From positions 186,001 to 250,000 of the forward strand of contig JADIIX010000001.1 of NCBI GenBank assembly GCA_027604505.1: 64,000 nt of DNA, given 5' to 3'. The notes beneath the pieces are model-generated. The model did not search any database. It saw only the letters and a program-made list of their open reading frames with translations, and was not told the origin of the DNA. Made by a program: the position numbers and the translations under genes. Within the stretch, counting starts at the first letter, position 1. Every line of letters starts with the position of its first letter. Shown here one piece after another: positions 13,286 to 27,060 of the stretch. The DNA comes from Gonapodya sp. JEL0774. Its lineage: Eukaryota.

Positions 13286-15649
13286 ATGCCTCTAGGTCTC
13301 CCGACGGGCCTGTCCCTATTCGTTTTGAGCCTTCTCTCACGGAGAGGGGCATCCCAGACACAGGCCGAAGACTGCGCCGTCTTCGAGACACTGTACTTCC
13401 AGTCGAATAAAACACTGCCATGGGAGAGGGGAAACTGCTGCGCGACCTCGCACGACACCAGCTCGCCCTCATTCTCTTGCAATCGAAGCAATCGAATATT
13501 CAGTGTGTACCTGTATGGACAGAACCTCACTGGACCTATCCCACCGCTCGACGGCCTATCAGAGCTCAGGAACCTGTGGATGTACAACAATAATCTCACC
13601 GGTCGCATGCCGACGCTGACAAACCTCCCTCACCTTCAAACTCTCTTCTTGTCCAGAAACAGTCTAGAAGGTCCAATCCCAGCTCTCATTGGGCTGAATC
13701 AAATCACCTACATTGACTTTAGCTTTAACAAGCTGTCCGGAATTATCCCAGACCTGACAGGTCTCACTCTGCTTTCCACACTGCGGTTGCGATGCAACCA
13801 ACTCACTGGGCCCATCCCCGACATGTCGTTCATGGAGTTACTTTCTTTGGACTTGGCGCAAAATTCTCTTTATGGCAATGTGGATGGACTTCTTCCGTCC
13901 GAAGTGATGGACATGTGCATGTTAATGCCGCAGAACGGAACCGGCTTATACACTTGTTCGAACTATTTTACCGCCGATTGTCGAAAAGGTCCACCTATTC
14001 CAAACGGCACATCAATGTTCTGCCCTTCATTCAGTATTCCTGCGCGAGAACGTGTAGGAGCGTCCCCTTTATTGCTGGCGGTGGCCGTCATAGGAACATT
14101 CGTTGTATTAGTAGCTGTTGGATATCTGGTGTACCGGATGAGAGTGGGAGGGAAATCTGCGGGCAGTGAACTTCTCGAATTTGGACGCTTCAAACGGATT
14201 ATCAGGAAGAGGTTTTCGGGGAAAGGACAGGAGCAACCAGATCATACGAATAGAAAGTCGGCATTGACAATACCTTCGCTGTACCCATTTGGCGGCGCTG
14301 GTGTCTCAGCAAGGACGATTGTCGAGGATGCTGGCTTGGGCTCATCGCCACGTCAACATCCTTCGAGTAGTGTGAACCTGACCTCCAAAATTGCCCCCGC
14401 CCTCGTCGAGCAGTCATATCAGAGCATGGAGAATCGCCGTTACGGACCTTCATCTGAAACAGTCGTCGGTTCAGGGCAACATATCATCCTCACAGACGAA
14501 CCTCCTGCATCTGCCGTTGCCGATGCCGACATGGACACTCCCCAACCCTCAAACGAAGTGAGAATTTTGCTAACTGAATCATTTGCGTATGTTATGCCTC
14601 ACAAGTGCGTTTTCGTGAATGGTTTTGATCCATATTTCTGACTCAAGCCCGCTCACTGGGCCTACGTCTGGCTTGTTGGTGCTCTACTTGCAAATAAACC
14701 GAGCGTTGACTTGACACTGAGGCGAAACCCTCTGACAGTGCAGACTGAGGTGAGTTGTGGGATCATGACGTCTGTGTAAGCTCTTTTGAGGATCCCTTCT
14801 TACCTGGGATGAATTTGGATAGTTTGAACCCCGTTTCCCCGATGAACTTGCGCTTGCACCCATTGATAGAGTCAAACTAAGGACCGTGTACAGGGACGGG
14901 TGGGGTTTTGGGACAAATTTACGCACCCGGGATAGCGGTGTGTTTCCCCTGTAAGCAGTTTGCCCATCGAAAGTGCGTAGTAGGGGATCCTCACCTCAGG
15001 TGCACAATTTTAAGCGACCACCTGCAAATGGGCAGTCTCACCAGAGCTCCTCCCCAACGTCGAAGTATGCGCCACGAATCAAACAGACTGAGAAATACGG
15101 ATGACAGTTCTTCGGAGATAGATGCAGAGCAGGTGAGTAAGTCAATCCGGTAAATTGTTCAAAATCCAAACACAGAATTTGATTTCATTTCTTGTGATTG
15201 CCGAATCCCCACCGCACCACTTGCAGCGAATCGACGATAGACAGCCAGATGTGCGTGGACCAACGACCAATGAAACCATGGCTTCAACATCCTTCTCTCA
15301 CTGTGGGAAACACAGCATTAGTGGTCCGGCTTGGTCACGTCCTACTGCCCCAGGTGTATCAGATGTGGCATCTGCGCCTGCTTTGGAATGGCCGACAGCT
15401 ACCAACAGGGCAACAGCGGAACCGACATTCAACGCTCAAATACAGAAAGTGATTTGGCTTTTGGCACGGTCCCCTACTCCTTCTGCGAGAATTTCTGAGG
15501 GTGGGGACTTGCGGACAGGGAGACTGAACTCCCACACCGTTGCAAATCAATCGAACTCTGGCTCGCGAACACATTCTGAATTGGAGTCGAATGTTGGTCG
15601 ACATACGTCTGTGGACCTTGGTGTAATTCATTTGGGTGGTCACATATGA
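13286..15649 (+). CDS. Receptor-like protein: signal peptide, Cys cap, about 5-6 plant-type LRRs, TM helix, disordered linker, SH3 domain
   Basis: LRRs of the LxxLxLxxNxLxGxIP type in ORF 13286-14641; TM LLLAVAVIGTFVVLVAVGYLVY. Exons 14648-14749, 14823-14950 and 15000 onward splice in frame to give TVQTEFEPRFPDELALAPIDRVKLRTVYRDGWGFGTNLRTRDSGVFPLC (SH3). The last exon is less certain. Confidence 0.8.
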
Positions 15650-15683
15650 TTTTCAAATTTTGTATTGCGATTGCATTACTGAG

Positions 15684-17196
15684 TTAATAATATACCATTT
15701 CTCTTGTACGTGCCTCATGTTCCCTTCGTCTCGCATCTTCTTGAACATCTCCCATCTTCGCTTTCGAAACGTTTTGGACGTAGCCCATTTTAACCTTGTA
15801 TCCTATCCACTCTTTTGCTGTAATTTGATCCATATCTTTTCCCAAGTGCTCCGCAATCTGTCGTGCCAAGGCTTTGGCAGCGGGCTCGAGTCCCGACTGT
15901 CTTTGAAGATGCTGCGTAACTGCGGCGGAAGGTACGCGGATGGATGTCACCAAGGTATCGTCGTTAGGACGGAGGAAGTAGACAAGAGAGAAACGAGAGA
16001 GGTGTTCCTGTGGCGGAGGTGGGCGAACAACGCGATGTAGCGAGGAAGGGAGATATCCTTCGGCAGTTCCATTAGAGGTGAGTGCGCACTTTTAACGCAA
16101 CGTTGACGTACCTCCGGTCGCTAGTTCTAAAAAATCAGCGACATTGCAGATAATTCCATTTTCCACGGGGGCAACATAGCGCCAAACAGCATCGGCGCAC
16201 AGTACCTGCAAGCCACCAACAGGTTGGCTGAACAGAAGGGTGAGCGTCCCGTGATCCCTATAATTACAAAGACCCTTGTGAATAATGGAAGCTTTTGCAA
16301 TGCTTCCACCTCGCTCAATATGGCTCACGTGTGTGCCCCGAGGCGTCGTGAGAACTCGTCTTCATCGAGGGATGCGTCGCGACCAGGATACTCGATCATT
16401 CGGATATGGTCTGCACGGTGTTTTGACTTCATGATGTGTGACCCACTAATGTGCTTGTTTGTCGAACCAACGTACCGCCGGACCGCGCAGAATAGTTATG
16501 AAATCGTTCAAAAAATTGTTCGCTCCCATCCTCATTCGACACGCCAAGCACATTGGCAAAAATGCGAAGCAAGTTTATAATGAGCGCGTGACATTCCCTC
16601 GAAAATTGCTCCAAAGTCTTCCAATCCTCGGAGTCCGTCATCGCGGCTGGGAAGGGATTTTCACTCATCAGTTCAGGCGTAAACTTTGGAATGTTCCAGT
16701 AATGGTTGTGACCAGGGGTACCCTTAGAGTTCACCGCCCTAGCGAGAGTAATCACACGATTATTGACCAAAGCTTGAAGAGGATGAAGCTCCAGTTACCG
16801 AGCTCACCGATGACCCATGGGCGTGTATCCAAACAGATTTCCTGATCCTTTGTCCGGAACGTATTTAAGCCTGACTTCCTGCGGGATATCTTGAAGAAAA
16901 TGACGAGCCTACCGCAGGAGTTCATCATACGGAGAACTTCATGTCCTGCACTCGTGAGTTCTAATACGAACGATCTTCCAAACACGGTTCACATTCGAGA
17001 TTCCGTGATTTGTCACCGCGAGAAATCCCAAACTCGCGACCGCTTCACTGAGTTCTTGTTGGATACGAAGTTTGTTGTGGGCCGACTCGAATGCCGACCT
17101 TCCCCCGAGGTCAATTATACGAACAGGGGCCAGATCCTCCCGGTTGTAGTCGAATTCGGGCTCGACAGGGAACGGATAGTCACAATAGGCAGGCAT
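15684..17196 (-). CDS. 2-oxoglutarate/Fe(II)-dependent dioxygenase (DIOX_N + 2OG-FeII_Oxy, IPNS-like)
   Basis: IIDL...GFLAVTNHGI; spliced HxD motif LGAHT|DHGTLTLLFSQPVGGLQV; NVADFLELATGG; distal His SSLHRVV; RxS motif RFSLVYF. Confidence 0.9.
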
Positions 17197-17357
17197 TGTT
17201 CTGCTGAATCATCTGTCGGCACGGTGATATGTACCACCGACCCGGAGGCTCGTGTTCTTGAAATATCATCCTCATATACATGTATTATTGTTACATGAGA
17301 GTTACTCAATGCGATCAATAAGTCTCCCTGTTGCCATTGTTCGACACCGTGGTGTAC

Positions 17358-18624
17358 TTATTCTTCTTCACTGTTTTCCTCTCCGTCGCTCACTACATCC
17401 TCTTCGTCCTCGGTATCTGCCACTTTTTCGCCTGTTTCCTCAACATCGGCCCAAAAGTGCTTCGATAGTGTCTTATTCATACCAAAGGAGTCCACCGTCC
17501 TTCTCCCAGGAAACAGTTTAGAAAGTGCCTCGTCCTGACCCATCAGGATCTTCCGCTTATTATTCGGGTCTTGCAAGTCTCGGGATTTGATATACTCCCA
17601 CAACTTTTTTACTACCTGGGGCCGAGACATTTGGTCGCTGCCAACTACCGCGGCGAGCTCCGGCGACAATTGCTTCACTTTGTTAAACGCACTCTTCCGA
17701 GGAGGTTTGGGTTCACCAGATGTTGCCTTACCGACGCCCCGTTTCCGGTTTGTGGGGGCGGGGGCAGCAGCACGACGGCCACGTCGAGAGAAAGACTCTT
17801 CCAATTGAAGTCGACGAGCGAGCTAGTCGAGAAACTGAGTCAGTTGAATTCGGCTGATAACACACCGATCAAGCGTATCCAATAGGTTGCGCAGACGTCG
17901 AGAGTTTCTTGGATTATCCCAGAACAATCCGTAGAGTTCGTAATTGATCCTTTAGAGTTTCCTTGACGGTAATCCAGCGCAGTAATTTGCTCCGAAGAGT
18001 CTCGGACATACCTGCTCGTCTGTTTCAACCATCTCAGAACCGTTTGGATTCCCGTTAGTGCCATCGTCATCGTCCTCCACCCTGTCGGATGATAGGTGAC
18101 TCTTCTTGGACCTCACGTGGTGTCTTGTCGACGAATCCGACTGGGGTGAGACCTCCCGTTTCTTTCTCTTTTTTATTTTAGTGGCGGACTCATCGGTTTT
18201 CTCGGAAGTCGTTTGGTCATCGGGTTGCTCTTGGGGGGGAATGACTTCATCGAGCAATTGCAGAATGAGGTCGTCCACGGCTTGCTTGCGAGCCGTTAAG
18301 TCAACGCTGAACTCTGCCTCTATTTGCTTTCGCACTTTCTTCGCCGATACCAGTGAGAGGTCCGCAGTTTTTAAGATTTCCTGGTGGGAGAGGATGGTTC
18401 CAGAAAGGAACAAGCCATTGCCCGTGAAGCACGAGTACATAGGGCTCTATATACGTACACTTAGAATGTTCAAGTGTGCTCACCTTTATTCGGGGAGCGT
18501 ATCGATCGAGTGATTCCTCCGCGTCAGTCGAAGCAACCTCATTACTCATCGAAACAACTCCAGGGACAGATGGTTCAGCAATCGTCTCCATCGGCGAAGA
18601 TTTTACGAGGGGTTCGACTTCCAT
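17358..18624 (-). CDS. DEK_C plus SWIB/MDM2 domain protein (Uaf30/Tri1/Spp27-like)
   Basis: EILKTADLSLVSAKKVRKQIEAEFSVDLTARKQAVDDLI (DEK_C); LSPELAAVVG...SRPQVVKKLWEYIKSRDLQDPNNKRKI...MNKTLSKHF (SWIB). Confidence 0.88.
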
Positions 18625-19198
18625 GCAGAGCAGGGTTGACCGATGAGGGTTGGTGAAGATCTGGTGAAGCCGACCATGAAGTCCAGGCTGTTGTGCACTC
18701 ACTACATACCAGTTGGAGTGATCGTTCTTTCCCTTCTTCCGCAGGCTCCACCAAATTAATATCAGCTAACAATACCTCCCTCTATCCATCTGAGTCTCCT
18801 CCTATCCCATGGGTAAACAGTTCTAAACTAGCTCATGGGGCCAAGCGAAGAGACCAATTGCATAGAGCGTGTATGTAGTATTATCTATCCGAATTCCTGT
18901 GCGCGATAGATGCGATAGTTGGATACCTTCGTGCTCATCGGTCCAGGCCCTTGGTGTGAGTCAGCAGCCAGCCTGCCGTGAATGACTGTGATACAAATAT
19001 CGATTGCCGTTTTCTGTGGGCTATCAGGAAAGAACGCTTACTGAACAGGTACAATATATTACTGTCTTACTGATCTGTGGTGCTTTGGAATCAAGGCAGA
19101 ACTGAGACGGCCGCAGAAAACCGCGCCTCCCATCTGCCTGTCACCGACACTGAAACATCCATTTCATTCATCGCGCCCTCCCATCCACCCGCTGAAAA

Positions 19199-20597
19199 AT
19201 GTCTGGGTACTTCGAGCAAATTCTCAGCCCTGCGGGTCACATGTACTCGGTCCCAAAAGTCAGGCTTTCAGCGTTGCAGATTGAGTTCTGCCAGGTGCGT
19301 CAGTACGAACGCCAACTATCACCAGATGGACGGGAGCAGGAAAATCTCATCCAAGGGCACTGACGATAACCACTGCTTGGTCCTTTAGGCTTTCGGGGAG
19401 TTTATTGGAACTTGGTACAGATGTGAATGCTGACGTTTCCATTAAGTTATGACTCATAATTTTTTTCAAAAAGGTTCTTTGTCTACATCGGCCTTGCCGC
19501 TGTAAACGCCTCTCAATCAGTGTCAAGTTCTCCTCCAGATGGAGCATGGCTGTCCCCAGCGTCGGTGCTGTTGATTGCGGGCGCCTTTGGATTTGGTCTT
19601 GCTATCAACGTCAGCCTGTGGTATAGAGTGAGCGGTAGGTGTTTCCTTCATGTTTTGAACTGGGTCCATCTTGCGTGACGTGCAGGGCTTCCATTCATTG
19701 CAGGCGGGTCGCTCAACCCTGCGGTGACACTCGCACTCTTGCTATCAGGAAAAGTCAGTTTCCGCAAGGCTACCCTTTACATTATCGCTGAGATCGCCGG
19801 TGGGATTGTTGCCGCTGGATGTGTGAGCGCGCTCTACCCCGGTGGTGTTATTGGAGTCAATAAAGTAGCGGCGCCAATGTCCCGAGTGCAAGCAGTCTTC
19901 GCCGAGGCATTCGGAACTTATTTGTTGGTGTCTACAGTATTCCTCACTGCAGTGGAAAAGAGTCGTGTGACATTCATGTGGGAACGTCGTTGATTTTGGA
20001 GCTCGAATCGTTCTAATTGTTTCACGACACAGGGCCCCAGTATTAATTGGTCTCGTCGTTTTCGTGGACCATTTGATACTGATCCCATTTACAGGATGCA
20101 GCGTGAATCCAGCGAGGTCGTTTGGGCCTGCGGTCGTTACAGGTGAGGCGTGGAGATAGAAACTCGGTTCAAGATGCTGACATTTCGTTCTCTGTTCCCA
20201 AAGGGGCATGGCAAGATCAATGGGTTTTCTGGGTTGGACCAATTCTTGGTGCTATCTTTTCTTGCCTTCACTTTGCTTTCATCACGGTGTTGAACTACAG
20301 AGGTGACTTCGCGGACGACGTGTTAATCCCGTTGTTCCTTTTCTGATTTGTTTCACTTTCGGCAAGATTTCAACCCTGATCAGGACAACGACGGCTCAAC
20401 TGTTGAATCTGATTTGAAAACGCTTGCAAGGGCTGTGAGTCTGTCTCAATGTGCGCCAGTGAGGGGTCGTACTTATATGCCGCACTCCTTCAACATCTCT
20501 TCAGTACTCCAGTGACAGGTCCAGTGATACGTTACAAAAAGCACCGTCTGTGTTGGTGGGGACTATGAACCAAGACGCCAATCCAATGCCCGTATAA
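19199..20597 (+). CDS. Aquaporin (MIP family), multi-exon
   Basis: AFGEFIGT, first [23 protein letters not shown], second [31 protein letters not shown]. Confidence 0.93.
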
Positions 20598-20912
20598 TGG
20601 ATACGGCGGACATGTGCAGGACGGGAGATGGTAGAGGGACTGAAAGCAAGAACAATCCTTTAGTACACCGTACACTAAGATGATTTTGATAGGTTGTCAC
20701 GTGGACGTGGGAACAAAAACGTTTTGAATGTGTCCAGGTACAGTCCAGGTCCGGAAAAGGCCACAGAGATGTAATAATATAGGGTTCCGATCCCATGCCG
20801 ATCTCGGATCGAAGTGAATTTATGACACCATCGCTCGTTTATAGCCCCTCCCGGAAACAGGAAATGCAAAGTTTAAGCTCCAACTCTTCATCGGACATCG
20901 ACGAATCTCGAC

Positions 20913-23453
20913 ATGTCGAACGACAAAAAGGAGGATCAAAGTCTGGTATCGGAGACCCAACCCGACTGGAGTGTTGATGAGGAGAAGGCACTTCTCAGGA
21001 AGGTACACGATGACTTTTGTCATCTGATAGTAGCCATCGTTCCTCATCGGATCACGTCTGACCACTTTCCAGTTGGACTTCAAATTAATACCATGGATCG
21101 CAGTTTTATATTTGGCCGCATATCTTGATCGCGTGAATATTGGCAATGCGAAAGTTGCGAACGCCGAGGTATGTTCTTGGAGTACACTTGGTTTTTGTTC
21201 ATGTAATCATCTTTTCTCATTGGTTTACTACTGAATCGCTGCTGCGGAAAAAGATACCTGGAGCATCGATGGAACAATCTCTTGAGCTGACATCTGATCA
21301 ATACAGTTGGAGTGTTTCAATCTTTTTTTTCGGCTGTGAGTACAATGGACATGTTTTCGCTATGGGAAACAACAAGCTTATTTGCGAATTGGTAGACGCC
21401 ATTTTTGAGATGCCGTCCAATATCTTACTGTGAGTGGTTGCTGCATCAGCACATGTGTGATTCACTAGCGAGGTCATGACAACAGTTTGCTACATTCAGT
21501 AAGGTTTTCTCTCCTTCCCGATGGGTAAGTGCGTTGTACCGAGGCGAGCATCTGTGCCAGCGAGGTCATCGTGTTCGTTCATTCAGCTTGCACGGATAAT
21601 GGTGACTTGGGGCATATGCGCCACCTGTCTTGCTGCAGTAAACAGTTTTCCTGGACTGCTTGTGGCACGTTTCTTCCTTGGATCTTGTAAGTTGTCTCCA
21701 ACGATTCGTGATTCCTCAGCAAACTCATTTCTCACCTTCGCCACACTGACTGTTAGTGGAAGCTGGAAGTTTCCCAGGCTGTGAGTGCTTTTGATCTCTC
21801 GAAGCAGTTTGAAACCAACCTCCACCTACCGCCTTTGCAACGGCAACGCAGTCATTTACTACTTCAGCTTTTGGTACAAGCAGCACGAGCAAGCGAAACG
21901 GATCGCCCTCTTCTTCTCCATGGCGTCAGTCGCCGGTGCTTTCTCCGGCCTACTGGCGTCTGCAATCTCCTTTCTAAATGGTGTGGGGGGACTTCAGGGA
22001 TGGAGATGGATCTTCCTGCTCGGTAGGATGCTTTAAGTGTGCGCGGTGGTTCATCAATTCAACGGAGTTCTATGTCTGTGCAGAGGGAATACCCACCATC
22101 TTTATCGGTGTCGGAGTGTGGTTCTTGTAAGTACGCTTGTCTAACACTTCGGCGTCAAGCGTGCGGGTCGCTGAGCAATGGCTCCTTGCAGTCTTCCAAA
22201 CTTCCCACAAACTGAAACAAAATGGCTGTCCGACAGAGAGCGTCATATTGCGGTGAATCGATTACCTCCGTGAGTGCAAAATTTTGCGACTTTCGTAAGT
22301 CCCGTGTCTTATGAAAGTTCTCTGATTTCGAAGGACTGCTCCATCACACACTCACAAGAACTTTGAAATGAGCGAACTGAGGAAGACTCTTCTCTCTCCG
22401 GGAACTTGGCTCTTCAATTTAGCATTTCTGTGCTGTCTCTGCCCCCTTTACTCTGTAAGCATTGACAGACGGAGGTCATGAGTTGCGCTAACGTATATCT
22501 GTTGTGGAACCTTATATTCGCACTGTCAGGTGTCATACTTTAATCCAACAATTATCAAGAACCTTGGATACACCTCGTACATAGCGCAATTGATGACAGT
22601 TCCGCCGTACGCAGCATCATTTGTGGTGAGAGCCTTGTCAAATCGGTCAACGTTTCCAAAGATCTGTATTGAATACTTCGTTTCCCACTTTCAGTGGACT
22701 ATTAGTCTTAGCTACAACAGGTTCGGTTCAAATGCTTTCAACCTCCACTGGCCGAGTGGCTTTGACATCGACATACTCTCCCTTGCGTTTTCAGTGACCG
22801 CACACGTGAGAGACCCCTGCACACCATTGCATCACTCTCTATTGGAATCATTGGCTTTGCTATGCAGCTTGCTCTTGACGGTTGGTCACATATGACGTTC
22901 TCTTTCACACCTCTTTCACATTATAATAAGTTTTAATACTCCCCCACCACGTGCTCCGGTCTCTTAACATTAGTGTCCGCCAACGCAGGTGCTAAATTTG
23001 CCGGAGTTTTCTTCGCGACAATGGGTGCATTTGGTACAATTCCACTTATGATGGCGTTCAGAACTAAAACAATGCGGTGGGTTGTGTTGCAATTGTCACT
23101 AATTGTGTGCTTGCTCTAAGTGGTCTCCTTTTTGTCTACTAGGGGGTCGGCCACATCAGCCGCGGTAGCTACGGCGGCAATGGTCTCAACGGGAACAATC
23201 GGATCTTTAGTGTCGCCTTTTCTGTTCCCCAATTGGGCGGGTGAGTTTGACCCTGGTGCCCACGATGGAAAACTTGTGTAATATTAATCTTCCTTCCCTT
23301 CCAGGTCCACGTTACGTGTACGGTAATATCATCAACATAGTATTAATGACTCTTGGTGTTTTTGTTCTCTTCACCCTAAGATACATATATCGTGGAGTCG
23401 AGGAAGGCATTCAGGTGGAGCCGGAAGAAAGTGCGCCAGCTGGAAAAGCATAG
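20913..23453 (+). CDS. MFS transporter, anion:cation symporter family (Dal5/Tna1-like), many short exons
   Basis: EEKALLRK|LD, YLDRVNIGNAK, QYSWSVSIFFFG, FEMPSNILL, GLLVARFFLG, FWYKQHEQAKRIALFFS, GLQGWRWIFLL|EGIPTI, AQLMTVPPYA. Confidence 0.9.
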
Positions 23454-23596
23454 AGCTATTTGTTATTTGACTACATATAGATCGTTTAGTTAGTATTGTT
23501 CGCATCGTTTTGGGACAATATAATTGTTTATGTGGGCAGGCGTGGCGCCAAGCCCCACGAAAGGGACGAAGCCATTTGCATCAAGCAACACGAAAA

Positions 23597-26500
23597 ATGC
23601 CAGTACCCGGCGCTAACGTGCGAGTGGGCCACATGCACCAAGCAATTGCGGCAATGGGTGGCCACCATTCTTCTTCAGACCCAGATCCCCATCACGATCC
23701 ACCACGTCACGGATCTCATCAGCCTCAAACTACCGCCCTTCCGTCCGGGGAAAGCGAGGCTTGGCTTACTATGGTGGATCATTCGCGCATAGAACTGCCC
23801 ACTGGTCTGGGTTCTCTGGGAACGGCCGACGCTGCCGCGGATGGGATCGGTTCCTTGGAAGCGGCATTAGTTCCAGGAACTGGCACCACAGAAGGCAACC
23901 CTTCGAAATCTTCGCTATGGAAAACGCGGGTGGCCGCTGCTGTTGAAAGACACCGTGCCGAAACTGGAAATACTCGTCCCACAGCACCAGACGACTCCAA
24001 TGCCTCAATGCTATGGGCGCAAACCATTTCAAACCTCAGGGCTTCACAACAATTGGCGAGTCCAAACTCGAAATCTGGCACGAAAAAAAGAATCAGTTTT
24101 CGCCCAGACGAAAATGCGTTGGACCGTCATCAACGGGTGCTTCAAAAGCGAACTCAGAGCAACCTCGATGTCGCCCTTCGAGTGTCGAACCGCTCTGGGA
24201 TCTTGAATAATCTGTACAGTCCATTACTGACAAATGATGTTGCTAATGCGGCAGATGGTGATCTGTTGGAAGTGGCTGTTCATCCCCCTGGTGCTGACAA
24301 GTTAAGTCACCCCGAAACATTGTCGCGAAAAAGCAAGGATGGTGGCGCAGCAGCGTTCATCGTCCAAGGAGCAGACCCTCGATTTGAGAACCCACTCTTT
24401 GGTGAGCAGAAGGTGCCGCGACTCACTGATTTCCCCAAACTCACTCGTGGTACCTTATCAGATAATGACGAAAGATTCCACGTCCCTGGCTGTACGGTGT
24501 CAATTACAGATTATAATGCTACTGATCTCACAGAGAACACGTTCGCTGGCTTGGAAAACATTAAAGCCGCTCTGGATGCGGTGGGCATTTAAATTTGACG
24601 TGCTCATTCAGTGCTTGGACTTCACACATCTCATCCCCTCAATTTCCTCAGCCACGTCCCTCGCATTCTACTGTTCGTTGGATCAATGTCAGTGGCGTCG
24701 ACTGGCCAACTCTGAGAGTGGTCACAGACAAACTAAGTGTGCACCCACTCGCAGTGCAAGATATAATGATGAACAAGCGGATTAAGTCCAACAATTACGA
24801 AGACCGTGAGTTTGAAATGATGCCGTGTCGCTGACTGCCTAGCACATAGCACAGGTTGAGGATCATGTTAAATCACCATGCAATCCAGAATTTTTTTTGT
24901 CCCTTCTGTTTGCGGCGGCGACTCCAACGCCGAAGACGAATACTCCCATAGTCTCTGACTCGCAAGTAACATCCTATGATCCCCCTGTATCTCCGTCGGT
25001 TGCCGTCCCCAAGGATGCAAAGTCGGCGACCACACCACTGCTAACCACCTCCAGCGAATACTCCTCCAGCGCTAAGCCTGTTACAGCTCCTGGTGCTCAC
25101 GGCTCTGCGGGGAAAGTTGGAACGCCTGCCAGAACTTCTGTATCTCATGGGTCCGGCCACCACTCCCACGCGATGTTCGCCGCGGCGACACAGATGATGC
25201 CCAGCCCCACACCTGCGTTCACGAAAGTCAAGGAAGCTGCCGCCGCCGCCCGAGAAACACTTAACAGACGAACTGATACGATGAGATCTCGAAGTCGGTC
25301 TAGCACTCACCACGGGGAAGACATTAAGCGCATGAGCCTCGTACCGGATGTTGGGGTCGCGCTTCCGTCACGAGTCGCGGAGATTGTGAATACTCAGGGC
25401 GTGACGGCGGATTTGGACGAAGGATCCATTTTAGATGAGATTGCGGAGAAGAACGGCTTTGTCGCGATTGTAGAGCAGGTGTCCGTTTTGTTGTTTGAAA
25501 ATGGTAAGCTTATTGGCTACGATGTTCGTGGACTAATGCTGGAATCACCCTTGGCTTAAGCCACGATGTTCATTGGTAACCACCTTGTGTCCTCTCTTCC
25601 TTGAATGGCCTGAAGGTACCCTCCTCACTGTCTTCCCCACTGACTCCGGCAATCATGTGTATCCATCTATAGCCAGCTCGCTTAGTTGGAAGCGGCTGAT
25701 CCGGCGGTCGTGCCCAGATGCGAGTTTCTTGATGAATGTCATTGTACACGAGGTAATGGACAATGCAGGCAGTGTCATTGCCCTGTATGGCACCAAAGTG
25801 AAGCAAATTGGTGAGTTCAATAAGCCACGGTGCCAGTCTCAGGGCAAACTCTCAAAGTGTTCGTTGTGTAAAACGATTCACACCATGTCACTAATATCCT
25901 CACCAAACAGAAACGGAAGTTTTCAAGTCCCCGAAAACTCGTTTCTCCAAGGAGCTTCATCTTCTCAATCGGGAGCTCTCGCTGGTAAAACGTGCTCTCC
26001 GCTCCCACCAGAATGTTCTGTCCTCCATAGTTCAACAGCAGGATAAGAACTCATCAGGTCAACCCTGGGTGGACGGGATCAGTTTGACGTACTTCAATGA
26101 TGTGTTGGACGACGTGTCGGCAGCAGTGGAGGGGATGGAAGAGTTGGAGAGGACCTGTGATGGCCTGATAGGACTGGTGAGCTTAAGTTGCATCCCGCGA
26201 GGGAAGAGTTTTATTTTCGCAACAGCCACTGAATTTGACACCGAATCTCTCATACACATGCTTTAATGATCCGACTATGTGACATCTCCCTTCGTTAGAT
26301 CTTCAACTTGGTGTCTTTCAACCAAAACAGCGCAATGTCAGTGCTGACGATCGTGTCCCTCTTCTTTTTGCCATTGACTTTTGTGGCAGGAGTCTGTGAG
26401 TATCAGTATTTGTTTGTTTCGCTTTATACTTGCCATTATCATTGAACGATTTCATTGCAGACGGCATGAATTTCGCCGGCGACGCGGATGGGAATGGCGG

Positions 26501-26621
26501 GATTCCCGAATTGAACTGGGGCAATGGCTACACCTACTTCTGGAGCCTAACGGTGTCTCTGGCCGCGTTTGTGGCGTCTTTAGTTTTTATTTTCAGAAAG
26601 AATCTCTTCAATGGGCTCTGA
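23597..26621 (+). CDS. CorA-family Mg2+/divalent cation transporter with long disordered N-terminus and internal insert
   Basis: VRWINVSG...HPLAVQDI, VEQVSVLL, DASFLMNVIVHEVMD, TYFNDVLD, LTIVSLFFLPLTFVAGV|YGMNF, PELNWGNGYTYFW. Confidence 0.88.
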
Positions 26622-27060
26622 GGCTTGAGGGAGGGAAGGACGTCCACCGCTTACTCGAACCTTGCACTGGGGGCGGTGTACGGTTTGTTGTAAGAGGGTG
26701 TGCGTTCTTTATTCATTCCTCGTGTTTGTGGATTTTAACGGACACTAACACCATGAGGAATGGGAAGGTATACTGAATGATGGGTGAGGATGCACCTGTT
26801 ATGTAAACTACCTGCTATTCCAAAATATGCTATATGATACAGTTCATCAATTTCATCAATAATTCTTTCGGAGAATAATGGAACGAACCTTACACACATA
26901 GTATGGGCAACCAGGGACAACGTTGTCTCAGACAAAAGCTAACGTCTGAATCATAGAGATATCGAGACACGATCGCAGCTGCTTGCAAACATTTGCCGTG
27001 TGTGGGGACATCAGGGGTTCATAGTTCCGTGGGGAATCATTTTTTCGGCAATTCAACTCG

